Of a stretch of 28,067 bases of DNA, positions 1 to 9,062 are shown one piece after another. Position numbers and translations under genes: made by a program. The stretch's first letter is position 1; every line of letters begins with the position of its first letter. The notes beneath the pieces are model-generated. The model saw only the letters and a list, made by a program, of their open reading frames with translations, did not search any database and had not been told where the DNA came from. The DNA is from a virus (lineage: Duplodnaviria; Caudoviricetes): IMG/VR virus record IMGVR_UViG_3300031519_000167, positions 1 through 28,067 of that record. The stretch is one strand, 5' to 3'.

Positions 1-971
1 CCTGTCTGTCTTCTTCCACTCTTAGCTACCTGTTCATCGGCAGCCCTACGATTAAACATACCTCTTTCACCTGACTTAGATTCATACAAAGCTAACCATT
101 CTCGCATGTATGTTTCCATACTTGGCTTGCCTTTGTAGGCTACAGAGTTATTAGCTAAGGCTCTTTGTCCTTCATTCTCCCACCATTGACCTGTCTTAGC
201 ATGAGCCATCTGATCATCGTTAAGGTTAGATAGACTAATCAAAGCTGATCGTCTAACACCCCCTACAACAACAACCTCACCCACCTTACACATAATATCA
301 TGGCACTCGATAGGGAATAGTTTTCTACCTTTTGCTTCTTGAAATTTATCTATGGTAAACTTAAACAAGTTAACAAGGGGATCAGCACCTGATGCTCGAC
401 CACCCATAACTTTTAACTTTGCTCCTGCAGGTCTAACCTTAGACACATCCCACGATGGTATCATCCCCGAATAAAGTAAAGCAACTAACTCTCTGTAGGC
501 TTTTGCCCAACCCGCCTTACTATCATCCACCACGATTACCACATCAGATTTCTGCATGTTCTCGCTAACAATAGGCAACTTGTCTACGTTCTCACGTTCC
601 ACACTAAAACCTACACCAGTTCCACACATCAATATGTACATAGCTTCATCGAATGATCTTGGACTATCAACTGGCAAGTAGCTACAGTTATACCCACAAG
701 TGTTGTCTCTCTCAAGAGCTTCACCCGCAGTCATCATTGCTCTCATAGATGGCATCACATTTAAGTTTGTGATATACTCTTCCATCATCTCTTTATCAAC
801 TTTATCTATCTTGTAGTTGTGCTTCTCAAGCAATGTCTTGGACATGAAGTCCACATACCTTGTGACTGTCTCGCCCCAATTCTCTCTTCTTCCTTTATCT
901 TCTAACCAACGAGCATACCTAGACTTGTGTATGAACTCCTGATAAGAACTTGGTAACATATTAGATGCCAT
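1..971 (-). CDS. nrdJ: Class II (adenosylcobalamin-dependent) ribonucleotide reductase, N-terminal part; runs off the window edge
   Basis: Not in the ORF track. My translation from ATG 971 (GGAG RBS at 981-984) gives MASNMLPSSYQEFIHKSRYARW...VMPSMR...GYNCSY...GTGVG...DSKAGWA...RPAG...GGRASG...VVVGGVRRSALI...RALANNSV, typical of monomeric RTPR-type NrdJ. Confidence 0.92.
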   Translation of the reverse strand, partial: MASNMLPSSYQEFIHKSRYARWLEDKGRRENWGETVTRYVDFMSKTLLEKHNYKIDKVDKEMMEEYITNLNVMPSMRAMMTAGEALERDNTCGYNCSYLPVDSPRSFDEAMYILMCGTGVGFSVERENVDKLPIVSENMQKSDVVIVVDDSKAGWAKAYRELVALLYSGMIPSWDVSKVRPAGAKLKVMGGRASGADPLVNLFKFTIDKFQEAKGRKLFPIECHDIMCKVGEVVVVGGVRRSALISLSNLNDDQMAHAKTGQWWENEGQRALANNSVAYKGKPSMETYMREWLALYESKSGERGMFNRRAADEQVAKSGRRQT

Positions 972-1233
972 CTTCGTCTTCTCCTATTGTCTCAATTAGT
1001 TTATTTAAATACCATTTTGCTTTTTCTAAATCTTCTACACCATTCTTGTATTTATATCTAGCTAAATACTTAAGTATGTTTCCTTGCAAGTAAGATTCAA
1101 AACCATCGCCAGTTATAGAAGCTATGATATCTATAGTCTCTATGCTTGACGCATTGTAGTGTGCAGGGTGGTCAACCATACTACTTTCTTCTTCTTTTAT
1201 TCTCTTTAACATGAACTCTTTATAACCTAACAT
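961..1233 (-). CDS. DUF3310 family protein (T7 gp1.7-like putative nucleotide kinase)
   Basis: MVDHPAHY...IETID...GNILKYLARYKYKNGVEDLEKAKWYL is the DUF3310 signature. Confidence 0.88.
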   Translation of the reverse strand: MLGYKEFMLKRIKEEESSMVDHPAHYNASSIETIDIIASITGDGFESYLQGNILKYLARYKYKNGVEDLEKAKWYLNKLIETIGEDEDGI

Positions 1234-1580
1234 TAATCTTTTCTGAAATCTACTTTAACAACATTCTCCGATGTGTCAAGTATTTCACCTAAGTCTTCAT
1301 CAAAATCTATCTCTATCTCATCTGCGTTAAAGTTAAACTCTATCTCAGACTCGCCACAACGAAACACTGTATCTCCCTTTCGTCTTAGAAGAGCAAGCAA
1401 TCCTTCGTACATGATTGATGCAACAGAATGATCCTCGTGGCAATCATACACTTTACCAGTGGTATCGTAGGTTACCATGTGAAACTTATCGTCTTCTAAA
1501 TCAGACAAGACTATGTAATACTTGTTCTTCTCTAGGAGCATACTTTGATCTGTGCTTTTCTTTTTCATTTCTTCAGCCAA
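1233..1580 (-). CDS. Hypothetical phage protein, acidic C-terminus
   Basis: 115-aa ORF coupled to both neighbours; ends NVVKVDF. Confidence 0.7.
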   Translation of the reverse strand: MAEEMKKKSTDQSMLLEKNKYYIVLSDLEDDKFHMVTYDTTGKVYDCHEDHSVASIMYEGLLALLRRKGDTVFRCGESEIEFNFNADEIEIDFDEDLGEILDTSENVVKVDFRKD

Positions 1581-1936
1581 TCTGCAGGGATTGTTTCATT
1601 CGCCCACTTGTAATTGTGTTTGTCACACCAATCAGCGTAGGTAGTCTTGCTTCCTTTATATATCTTATTCTTTGCGTTCATAAACACCATGCGTATATCT
1701 AACTCTTTGTGTTGTTGTTGCACAAGAACCATCTTAACTCTATCAGCAGTGGTGAACTCCCCCTTAGCTTCTATGTAGATGTCCGTCTCTGGTATGTAGA
1801 AGTCTGGGTTGTAAGTTCTTATCTTAGGAAGGTACTTGAACTTATCCTTTTCGTATTCAAATTTAATTTTGTTGTTTGCAAGGTAGGTAGCTAACTTAAG
1901 CTCAAACTTTGATCGGTATCCTACATTCTTTTTCAT
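1565..1936 (-). CDS. T7 endonuclease I-like Holliday junction resolvase
   Basis: YRSKFE...YNPDF...IEAKG...DIRMVF...TTYADWC motifs match T7 gp3-like nucleases. Confidence 0.9.
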   Translation of the reverse strand: MKKNVGYRSKFELKLATYLANNKIKFEYEKDKFKYLPKIRTYNPDFYIPETDIYIEAKGEFTTADRVKMVLVQQQHKELDIRMVFMNAKNKIYKGSKTTYADWCDKHNYKWANETIPADWLKK

Positions 1937-1938
1937 GG

Positions 1939-2322
1939 TTACGTTCTTCCTAGCTTTAGCTTATCTAAGTTCTTGTGTATGTATTGTGCCATAGTGGGTA
2001 TGTACTTTTCAATCATAACCAACTCATCTAGCAAAGGATAAACTGGTATACAAATAATCTTTCCGTTGTTAATGATGGTGCTGATAGCTTGGAATTGTTT
2101 TGTAAGTTTGTCCATGTCTCTCTTAGAGGACTCCCCCTTAAGATTTCCAGACCCTGAATAGTTATCACGTAACGTAAGAGGAACACCTCTGTCATGTTGT
2201 CTCAAGAAAACTATATCTCTGCCACCACCTTTTTCTACATCTGCTTCTACGTAGGCATGGTAGACTTCATCATTTAATTCTAACAGTTTTGTTTGGTAGG
2301 TATGTAGAATTAGGGTAGGCAT
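1939..2322 (-). CDS. Hypothetical phage protein
   Basis: Start moved to ATG 2322 (MPTLIL...), which overlaps the upstream stop as TAATG. Confidence 0.65.
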   Translation of the reverse strand: MPTLILHTYQTKLLELNDEVYHAYVEADVEKGGGRDIVFLRQHDRGVPLTLRDNYSGSGNLKGESSKRDMDKLTKQFQAISTIINNGKIICIPVYPLLDELVMIEKYIPTMAQYIHKNLDKLKLGRT

Positions 2323-3212
2323 TAGATTGCTTTCTTCTTTAGTACATCGTACCATACTTTAGGTGGGTTCTTAGCCTTTGATGTTATCTTGTCAAACAAC
2401 TGAGCCTTTGACCAACAACGTGAACGATAGCCACACATGCCACATATCTTAGGTAAGGTTTTGTTACCAGTTCGTACCACCTCACTCTTAACTTTGTAAG
2501 TTTCAAACTCAGACTTAAATGGTTTAACAAAGTCAGGGTTAGGGTCTATTAATCTTTTAACTCTCTTCTCCGCATCAGCCATGTAGATTCTTCTGTCTTC
2601 ATCTTGCCAATCAGGAGCTTCAACCATAGCCACTTCACCACTTGATTTGTTGATAACTATCCAACCACCAAAGGGTAAACCTGTAGCTTCTGCATATAGA
2701 TGACCTTGCATGATATAGCCAAAGGGATCATCTTCCTTTATCTTATCGTAGCCACCATAGCCAGTGTACTTAAATTTAAATGCCCACTCACTTGCAGACT
2801 TAACATCCCACACTTTATCTATGCCCATCTCATCTCTCAAGATAAGGTCAAGTGTACCATTTACTGTCTGTCCTGCAATGTTAAGTGAGACTGCCTTTTG
2901 TTTCTCAACGATCTCTACCCCTGCCTGCTCCATAATAAGAACTGCAACGGATTCAACTAAGTCACCAAACAAAAAACGAAACAGAGCATTGTAGTCCATC
3001 TCCTCAACAAGACCAGACCTCTCTAGTAGTTGCTGACAAAGAGGTCTACCTAAGCCAGACATTCTTATTCTGTACTCACGCTTCCTATTTAGTTGGATAT
3101 CAACTGACTCTTTACATTCGTCTGCAAAGTCTTGAGTAGCACTAGGGGAGATCGTGACTTCCCCCCTAGTAGCTCTCTGCATGTAGTCTTGAATTTTAAG
3201 CAGATTTAACAT
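2322..3212 (-). CDS. Cas4-like PD-(D/E)XK exonuclease with probable Fe-S cluster
   Basis: RMSGLGRPLC...GTLD...DVKS...Y.MQ..LY and C-terminal CGMCGYRSRC (1+3 Cys pattern); likely start at ATG 3212. Confidence 0.82.
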   Translation of the reverse strand: MLNLLKIQDYMQRATRGEVTISPSATQDFADECKESVDIQLNRKREYRIRMSGLGRPLCQQLLERSGLVEEMDYNALFRFLFGDLVESVAVLIMEQAGVEIVEKQKAVSLNIAGQTVNGTLDLILRDEMGIDKVWDVKSASEWAFKFKYTGYGGYDKIKEDDPFGYIMQGHLYAEATGLPFGGWIVINKSSGEVAMVEAPDWQDEDRRIYMADAEKRVKRLIDPNPDFVKPFKSEFETYKVKSEVVRTGNKTLPKICGMCGYRSRCWSKAQLFDKITSKAKNPPKVWYDVLKKKAI

Positions 3213-4050
3213 TGAAATCAGCCGACAAGTCCTGTTCCTCACTAGGAGAAATGAGTTTCTGAGCTTCTCTAAACTGATTAAGAACGTTCTCGTTATGAGC
3301 CTTTACAGTCTCACTGAAGTCCTTCATCAATGTCTTATCTGTATCCAAGACTTCGACTTCCTTATGGAGAGAAGGAACTGGGATATAGTATACAACTGAG
3401 CCACTCTTAACTCTGCCCGTTGCTAACTTTATGACGACCTTTTGCATAATCTTCTTTTGCCTTGTAAGTCCGTCAATAAATTCTCTAATTGGTTTAAAGC
3501 CTGAACGCTTGAAGTATGCAACAAATGGGTGGTTGTCCATCTTAGCAGGATCACCATTTGCTTTAACAAAATCTCCACTTACCTGACCATATATAACTTG
3601 GTTACATGTGGCAGAACGTGACTTTAATTTTAGTGGGTCATCATCTGAAAGTATCTCCTCTTCTTTCTTAGGTAACCTACCACACTTGTTTCCTGCTTGT
3701 GTGTCTGGAAACTCACCTGATAAGGTAGGCTTCTGTACAGACTTGCAAGAGAAAGTTCCTTGCTCCATGTCCCACACACTCCACTCGAATGTACGTAAGA
3801 TAGGTCGGATGTAAACTTCCTTAGCGTAGATGTACTCACCATCAACAAACATCTTCCACGAGCCACGAGTCAAAGCGACACCATCGTCTGTCTCTGTATC
3901 GTAGTTAATGTTAAGTCGTGATAGTCCAGTGTTGCTAGACGTTGCTTTCGCTTGTCCAGTTAATTCCATAAACGTAGCAGTATCATCATCGTTAAACGCT
4001 GATACCAAGTTGTCCATGTCGTTATCGATTGTAGTCATATCATTTCCCAT
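3196..4050 (-). CDS. Putative single-stranded DNA-binding protein
   Basis: 284 aa between polymerase and exonuclease; SRLNIN motif, beta-rich core and acidic tail containing Phe. Function inferred mainly from synteny. Confidence 0.55.
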   Translation of the reverse strand: MGNDMTTIDNDMDNLVSAFNDDDTATFMELTGQAKATSSNTGLSRLNINYDTETDDGVALTRGSWKMFVDGEYIYAKEVYIRPILRTFEWSVWDMEQGTFSCKSVQKPTLSGEFPDTQAGNKCGRLPKKEEEILSDDDPLKLKSRSATCNQVIYGQVSGDFVKANGDPAKMDNHPFVAYFKRSGFKPIREFIDGLTRQKKIMQKVVIKLATGRVKSGSVVYYIPVPSLHKEVEVLDTDKTLMKDFSETVKAHNENVLNQFREAQKLISPSEEQDLSADFNVKSA

Positions 4051-4087
4051 GTCATTTCCTTTATATTTGGGTTTCGGTAACCTAACC

Positions 4088-5623
4088 TTAGTAATTTACT
4101 TCGGATAAGTCAAGCCAATTTTCACCTATTTTTAATTCTATTCCTATAGGCATGTCGTATTCTATGCTGTACCTAGCTTTCGAGCCATCAGAAATAGATA
4201 ACATAGCATCAGATAATACCTTAATGCACTGATCTTTTTCCGTTGGATGAACGTCAAGCACTATTGAATCGTGTACTGTGTTGCATATAACTGATTGCAT
4301 CTTCAAGCTTCTCATCACCTTGTCTAGCTCAACTAAAGCAATCGGCAGCAGGTCAGCAGTTGCAAACCCCTGCACGGGATAATTACAGATGGCAGTACGA
4401 TTTGTAGCCGATCCCCAATCAGTCCACTTAGCATCAGGGAAAGCATAGACCCTACCTGATGGTAACTTTATCTCTTTTGTCTTGACTGCTTCTTTCTCTA
4501 GCTCCTTGTGCCACTCTGCTACCTGCTCATACTTCTCTTTAAAGGCACTGTAGTAGGCTTGTTGTGCAGGTGTGCCACTTACACCACCATACAAAGGTTT
4601 AAAGGTGTGAGCCTTCGCATCCTGCCTGCTACACCCTATGATAGATGCAGTGTAGTTGTGAACGTCAGTCCCATCCAAAACATCCTTGTAGGCTTGGGCA
4701 TCTTTAGCCAAGAACCCTGCAACCCTAAACTCTAACTGAGAGTAGTCACCCTCAAGAATAAAACCACCCTCGAATCGACTCTCGACTACCTTACGTATGG
4801 CAAACGTAGAACCTCGTGGCATGTTTTGGAAGTTAGGATTACGAGATGACAACCGACCTGTAGCAGTAACACACTGCATGAACTCAGGATGAACAAAGCC
4901 ATCATCATCCACATTGTTTTTCATACCTTCCACAAAGGTAGATAGGTAAGTACGAATAGCATTGTACCTAGAATAAGAAGTACAGAACTCACGGGCATCA
5001 CCACTAAGTTCAAGTGACCTATCCTCTAGGGTAACTTTGTCAGTCTTAAATCCTGCAGATGCAGTATCTTTTGGGTTACGAGGTACAATCTTAAAGCCTG
5101 CCACCTCGTTAGTATTCATGTATCTAATGCCTTTACCTTTACATGGCTTACATATGTTAAGCACCTTGCTAGGCTGACCATTCTTGTTGACCATCCTGAC
5201 ACGACCATTGCCTAAGCACCCTGCACACATCTGACCTACAGTCTTGTACACAACGTCAGTCATGTTTCTCACGTTCCTTATGAACACATTAGCTTTCATA
5301 CGGGTACGTAACTTAGGCTTCATAGTGTTGCCCCGCATCTCGTGACCAAGATTAAATGTCAGTCCCCACATGGATTTGTCTCTTACCTTACGTGAGTAAA
5401 GAAGTACACTCCTGTCATCAGGACTAGATAGGTTTACAGGTGTATCACCCATAGCTTCTTTTGCCATAGTCTGTAGCTTAGTTTCCAAATAGGAAAGTTC
5501 CTCATTGTATTCCTTTTCAATCTCATGCAGAGTGTCCAAGTTAATCTTAAGTCCGTTCATCTCTATGCGAGTAAGAACGTTAGTCATTTCAAGCGACAGC
5601 CTGAGTGTTGGTATTAATGTCAT
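4088..5623 (-). CDS. polA: Family A DNA polymerase, polymerase domain with DnaJ-like zinc-finger insertion
   Basis: TATGRLSS.NPN.QN, motif A DYSQLEFR, motif B RQDAKAHTFKPLYG (Phe at the E. coli 762-equivalent), motif C VHDS; CAGCLGNG and CKPCKGKG. GGAG at 5633-5636 lies 9 nt before ATG 5623. Confidence 0.93.
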   Translation of the reverse strand: MTLIPTLRLSLEMTNVLTRIEMNGLKINLDTLHEIEKEYNEELSYLETKLQTMAKEAMGDTPVNLSSPDDRSVLLYSRKVRDKSMWGLTFNLGHEMRGNTMKPKLRTRMKANVFIRNVRNMTDVVYKTVGQMCAGCLGNGRVRMVNKNGQPSKVLNICKPCKGKGIRYMNTNEVAGFKIVPRNPKDTASAGFKTDKVTLEDRSLELSGDAREFCTSYSRYNAIRTYLSTFVEGMKNNVDDDGFVHPEFMQCVTATGRLSSRNPNFQNMPRGSTFAIRKVVESRFEGGFILEGDYSQLEFRVAGFLAKDAQAYKDVLDGTDVHNYTASIIGCSRQDAKAHTFKPLYGGVSGTPAQQAYYSAFKEKYEQVAEWHKELEKEAVKTKEIKLPSGRVYAFPDAKWTDWGSATNRTAICNYPVQGFATADLLPIALVELDKVMRSLKMQSVICNTVHDSIVLDVHPTEKDQCIKVLSDAMLSISDGSKARYSIEYDMPIGIELKIGENWLDLSEVNY

Positions 5624-6191
5624 TAAATAGTTCTCCAAATGTTGTGCCAAAGGCTTCAAGTTGTTTTACTGCTACCTCTTCCGTAGCAAGTACGTCTGCT
5701 ATACCATATTCTTTCACAATCTCATAGGGTATATCGTAAAATGTTTTACCATCTTTTAAGTAAGGTGCAACCAAGTCTTTCTCTTTTGGTGTTACACCAT
5801 ATCGTTTTGCAAGAGAGTCTAGACTAAGTGACCATCGTCTTGCCTTAGCTAAGATATACTCAGCCACCATAGTATCATACACATGACCATCGTAAGTAAA
5901 GCCACATGCACGTAACCACGTAAGATCAAACTTAAAGTTCTGACCTACTACTACATCAGCACTATTAAGTTCATCTTGTATTTTCTCAAACCACCCATCG
6001 TCTACATAGGCTCTTTGATCAGAGTGAAACACAAAATCATATCCTACCTCTTCTTCTCCTAACCACTTGTACCCAATAGATACAAGCCTGTTACCAAAGT
6101 AAGGCAAGGCAGTCGTACCACCTGCTTCCTTTGTCTTGTGAGTTGTCTCGACATCAAGTGTCAGCACGTTTAACTTTTCTACCTCTACCAT
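5589..6191 (-). CDS. 3'-5' proofreading exonuclease domain of family A polymerase, separate ORF
   Basis: ExoI LDVET, ExoII QNFKFD, ExoIII YGIAD, plus YDTM. Confidence 0.9.
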   Translation of the reverse strand: MVEVEKLNVLTLDVETTHKTKEAGGTTALPYFGNRLVSIGYKWLGEEEVGYDFVFHSDQRAYVDDGWFEKIQDELNSADVVVGQNFKFDLTWLRACGFTYDGHVYDTMVAEYILAKARRWSLSLDSLAKRYGVTPKEKDLVAPYLKDGKTFYDIPYEIVKEYGIADVLATEEVAVKQLEAFGTTFGELFNDINTNTQAVA

Positions 6192-6483
6192 TATTACTCC
6201 TATCAGTATTTATTATATGGCAATTAGCACAGAGTATTCTGCACTTTCTTATTTCTTTAAACAAGATTTTTATCTTATTCATGACAAGTTTACTTACTTC
6301 TCTTTTCTTAATTCCTACATGGTCAAATTGCAAGGCACGGGCATTAGTATTATACCCACATACAAAACAACCACACTTGACTTTAATGTAGTTAAGCCAA
6401 TATCTTCTTCTCTTTGCCCTAGCTAACCATATGGCATAAGAAGGGTATCTAAATTTACTAATAATACACCCCCCTATGTACAT
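6154..6483 (-). CDS. HNH endonuclease-like protein
   Basis: CFVCG...LQFDH...CANCH; start codon uncertain. Confidence 0.75.
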   Translation of the reverse strand: MYIGGCIISKFRYPSYAIWLARAKRRRYWLNYIKVKCGCFVCGYNTNARALQFDHVGIKKREVSKLVMNKIKILFKEIRKCRILCANCHIINTDRSNNGRGRKVKRADT

Positions 6484-7687
6484 CTATCTGAGCATTGATC
6501 ATACCATGCCACCCATTATTTTTATTTTTAGATATACAGATATGTCTCATGGTATTTTCAACTTCACTCGATCCCGTTTTACCTATGCCTATTATTACAT
6601 CAGCTTCACCTGCCTTACCTGTTCTAGAATTGTCAAGCATAGAGTAGTCAATAAATTGACGATCATGTGCATCATAACTTGCCTGACTAACTGCCCACAT
6701 AAGTAGTTGATTTCGCTTAGCAATTTCTCTTGCAGTCACATAGGTTTCTTTTAGTCTCTCGTCACCACGATTATATTGACCACTAATCCTGAACTTATCT
6801 AGCTGATCACAGAACATAATGTCAGGCTTATTTAACTTGGCATACTCATCGACCTCTTCAATCGAAGTACCAACAGAGTCCATGATTGTCAGGTAAGGTT
6901 CTATCTCAACACGATACCTTTCTAACAAAGCAACCTTTTGCATCACCATCTCATCTCTTGTCAGTTCAAAATAAGATTGGATAATCCGTAACTTAATCTT
7001 ACCTGCAGGTTCTTCGTTAGCCCAATAGGTAACCTTAAACTTCTGCTTGATGTACGAAGATGCAAGAAAGCAACAAAAGGTAGTCTTACCCACTTCAGGT
7101 CTAGCAAATATAATTCCTAAGTTTCCCCTATCCATTCCCTTTAGGTTTTCGTGGATAAGGTGAAAGTGAAAAGGGAAGTCAGATACTCCTGCTTCTTCTT
7201 CTAGCAACTGAGACAAATCTTTATCTACTATAGTGTAGGTAGTTTTGTCACTCATACGACCATCTTCAACTGCATCGATCAGTCTTCGCAGTTCGCCAAA
7301 CTCCTCATTCTCACCCGTGAATATCTCAAGAGCTTTCTCGCCTATCTGCCTTGCTCTGTCCCTGAGCCACAGATTATTAACCAAGTCTAGGTGAAGTTCA
7401 TTGTTGTCAGTAGGTTTGTCATCGAGTTCAGATATAACATCTTGAACACGATTCCTAGCTGAGTCAGGTATGGCAGGGTTTCTATCATTAAATATACCTG
7501 ACAATTCAGACTTAGTTAACGTCTTAGTGTACTTGGTGTGGGAATAAACTATCGTGTCGTAAATATCTTTGAGTTCCCTATCAAACATATCTCTGTCTAT
7601 TTTATTCTTTACCTTAGCAAAGAAATCAATGTCCAAACAAAATCCTAAGACTTGTTTATCTACTGATATAACTGTTGATGAAATCAT
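6458..7687 (-). CDS. dnaB: DnaB-like (SF4) replicative helicase
   Basis: Walker A ARPEVGKTT, ANEE, CDQLD, VSQ, KAGEAD, SKNK. Confidence 0.9.
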   Translation of the reverse strand: MISSTVISVDKQVLGFCLDIDFFAKVKNKIDRDMFDRELKDIYDTIVYSHTKYTKTLTKSELSGIFNDRNPAIPDSARNRVQDVISELDDKPTDNNELHLDLVNNLWLRDRARQIGEKALEIFTGENEEFGELRRLIDAVEDGRMSDKTTYTIVDKDLSQLLEEEAGVSDFPFHFHLIHENLKGMDRGNLGIIFARPEVGKTTFCCFLASSYIKQKFKVTYWANEEPAGKIKLRIIQSYFELTRDEMVMQKVALLERYRVEIEPYLTIMDSVGTSIEEVDEYAKLNKPDIMFCDQLDKFRISGQYNRGDERLKETYVTAREIAKRNQLLMWAVSQASYDAHDRQFIDYSMLDNSRTGKAGEADVIIGIGKTGSSEVENTMRHICISKNKNNGWHGMINAQIDVHRGVYY

Positions 7688-8450
7688 CTCGATCCTCTTT
7701 CTCCATATTCTTTAGGTCTTTCTTTAGTACCACTAACTTAGTAGGTACATGATTAGACAAATGCCTAACAATGTCAACTGCCTTACGAGTTGCATCTTTG
7801 TCTAAAGCCACGAAAATTTTTTTATAATTCCTGATTACTTGTATGTGGCTATCTAATAGTGATGTTCCCATCAAAGCTAATCCCGTCACTAAATTAGAAA
7901 CAGAACATGCTGATGGGCAATCTTCCACAACAAAACAATTGTCACTACTGCCACACACAAAAGGGTGTTTGCTATTACCATATCTTAACCATTTCGGTTT
8001 ACTACTTGTTAAACTTCTACCCGTTGCATCTACAACTTTGTCACCTTCTTTAACTAGGTAGGCTACCCTATCTCGTTGGAAGTCGTATCTTATGTCAGCC
8101 AACCCTGCTAGGTAGGCATCGTAAGAGTTAGTCTTCTTTAGGTAGTTCTCTGCATTAATGTTGCGAGACAAAGACACAAACGTATCAGGTATCTTAAACT
8201 TAATGTCAGCTTCTTCTTTTATTGGTTCACGTTTGACAAATGCACTCTTAGAGTTTTCCTTAGTTAAGCTGACACCCGTTGCACCTTTAACGTTGCAATC
8301 TGCATGAAAGCAAAACCAAAGACGTTCAAAGCCATTGTCACTTACACTAAAGGTATTTGGTTTGCCACAAGCAGGGCAATCAGACCTAAAACGCCCATAA
8401 GGTGCAATATTAAGGGATTCCACATGTCCTTTTATCCATCTAGGGTTCAT
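7656..8450 (-). CDS. DNA primase (zinc-binding plus TOPRIM)
   Basis: CPAC...CFHADC zinc motif, TGRSL, VVED and ALDKD TOPRIM acidic residues. Confidence 0.87.
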   Translation of the reverse strand: MNPRWIKGHVESLNIAPYGRFRSDCPACGKPNTFSVSDNGFERLWFCFHADCNVKGATGVSLTKENSKSAFVKREPIKEEADIKFKIPDTFVSLSRNINAENYLKKTNSYDAYLAGLADIRYDFQRDRVAYLVKEGDKVVDATGRSLTSSKPKWLRYGNSKHPFVCGSSDNCFVVEDCPSACSVSNLVTGLALMGTSLLDSHIQVIRNYKKIFVALDKDATRKAVDIVRHLSNHVPTKLVVLKKDLKNMEKEDRDDFINSYISR

Positions 8451-8716
8451 ATACTTGTCGCATCTTTATACTGCTTAGTATTCACAGTATAGACTTGACC
8501 TAACTTATCTAGCCACCCACTATCTTTATCAGCGATAGCTTCAACACGAGAGGTAGTAATGTAGATAGGTATCCATGTAAGGTAGTCTCTCTTGTTACCT
8601 ACCTTGACTTGTTCCTTGTCTTCTAAACCTACACGTACTGCAGATAGCTTTGCCCAAAGCACCCACTTATCGTCATGGGTTCTTTTAGTAATGTCAGTCT
8701 TTAACTCATTCATCAT
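8447..8716 (-). CDS. Hypothetical phage protein
   Basis: 89 aa, overlaps both neighbours in the operon. Confidence 0.65.
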   Translation of the reverse strand: MMNELKTDITKRTHDDKWVLWAKLSAVRVGLEDKEQVKVGNKRDYLTWIPIYITTSRVEAIADKDSGWLDKLGQVYTVNTKQYKDATSI

Positions 8717-8900
8717 TAGCGATCCTCAAATCTTCTAAGTACAGTTTGATTGCATTTCGGATTAGATCAGCTACACTTACTTGAATAGCGTACCTATCAG
8801 ATTCCCTAGTAGCAAACTTATCTAGTTCATTATAGTCAGCCACAGAAACTGTCAAGTTATAACTTTTAGTTTTGTCACCTATCTTATTTGGTCTAGCCAT
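8706..8900 (-). CDS. Ribbon-helix-helix-like DNA-binding regulator
   Basis: KSYNLTVS strand, then helix, then SVADLIRNAIKLYL; GGAG RBS; first gene of the leftward operon. Confidence 0.7.
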   Translation of the reverse strand: MARPNKIGDKTKSYNLTVSVADYNELDKFATRESDRYAIQVSVADLIRNAIKLYLEDLRIANDE

Positions 8901-8948
8901 GTTATCTCCAATCTCCCTTGTGGGGTGTATCTCCCAATGGGATAAGGT

Positions 8949-8978
8949 CGTATAGCACGTAACCTAAAATAGTGTCAA
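8949..8978 (-). promoter_or_regulatory. Sigma70-type promoter for the replication operon
   Basis: TTGACA (8978-8973), 18 nt, TGC-TATACG (8954-8949). Confidence 0.65.
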
Positions 8979-9002
8979 TAAAATAATTAAAATAAATAAC
9001 GC

Positions 9003-9032
9003 TTGACGTATATATTTAGTTAGGTGTACAAG
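9003..9032 (+). promoter_or_regulatory. Sigma70-type promoter for the early/accessory operon
   Basis: TTGACG (9003-9008), 18 nt, TACAAG (9027-9032); A/T tract upstream and AGGAG RBS downstream. Confidence 0.5.
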
Positions 9033-9062
9033 ATACCCTGATCATAAATATAGGAGATAAAT

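Noticed and set aside
2322-3212. Cas4-like gene as part of a CRISPR system
   Set aside because: No array or other cas genes; stand-alone Cas4-like nucleases are common in phage replication modules.
4066-4087. Small hairpin between the polymerase and SSB-like genes as a terminator
   Set aside because: Short imperfect stem with no U-tract on the coding strand.
1415-8492. Plus-strand ORFs within the replication module (e.g. 1415-1702, 2764-2994, 6131-6391)
   Set aside because: Antisense shadows of well-supported minus-strand genes; no motifs.
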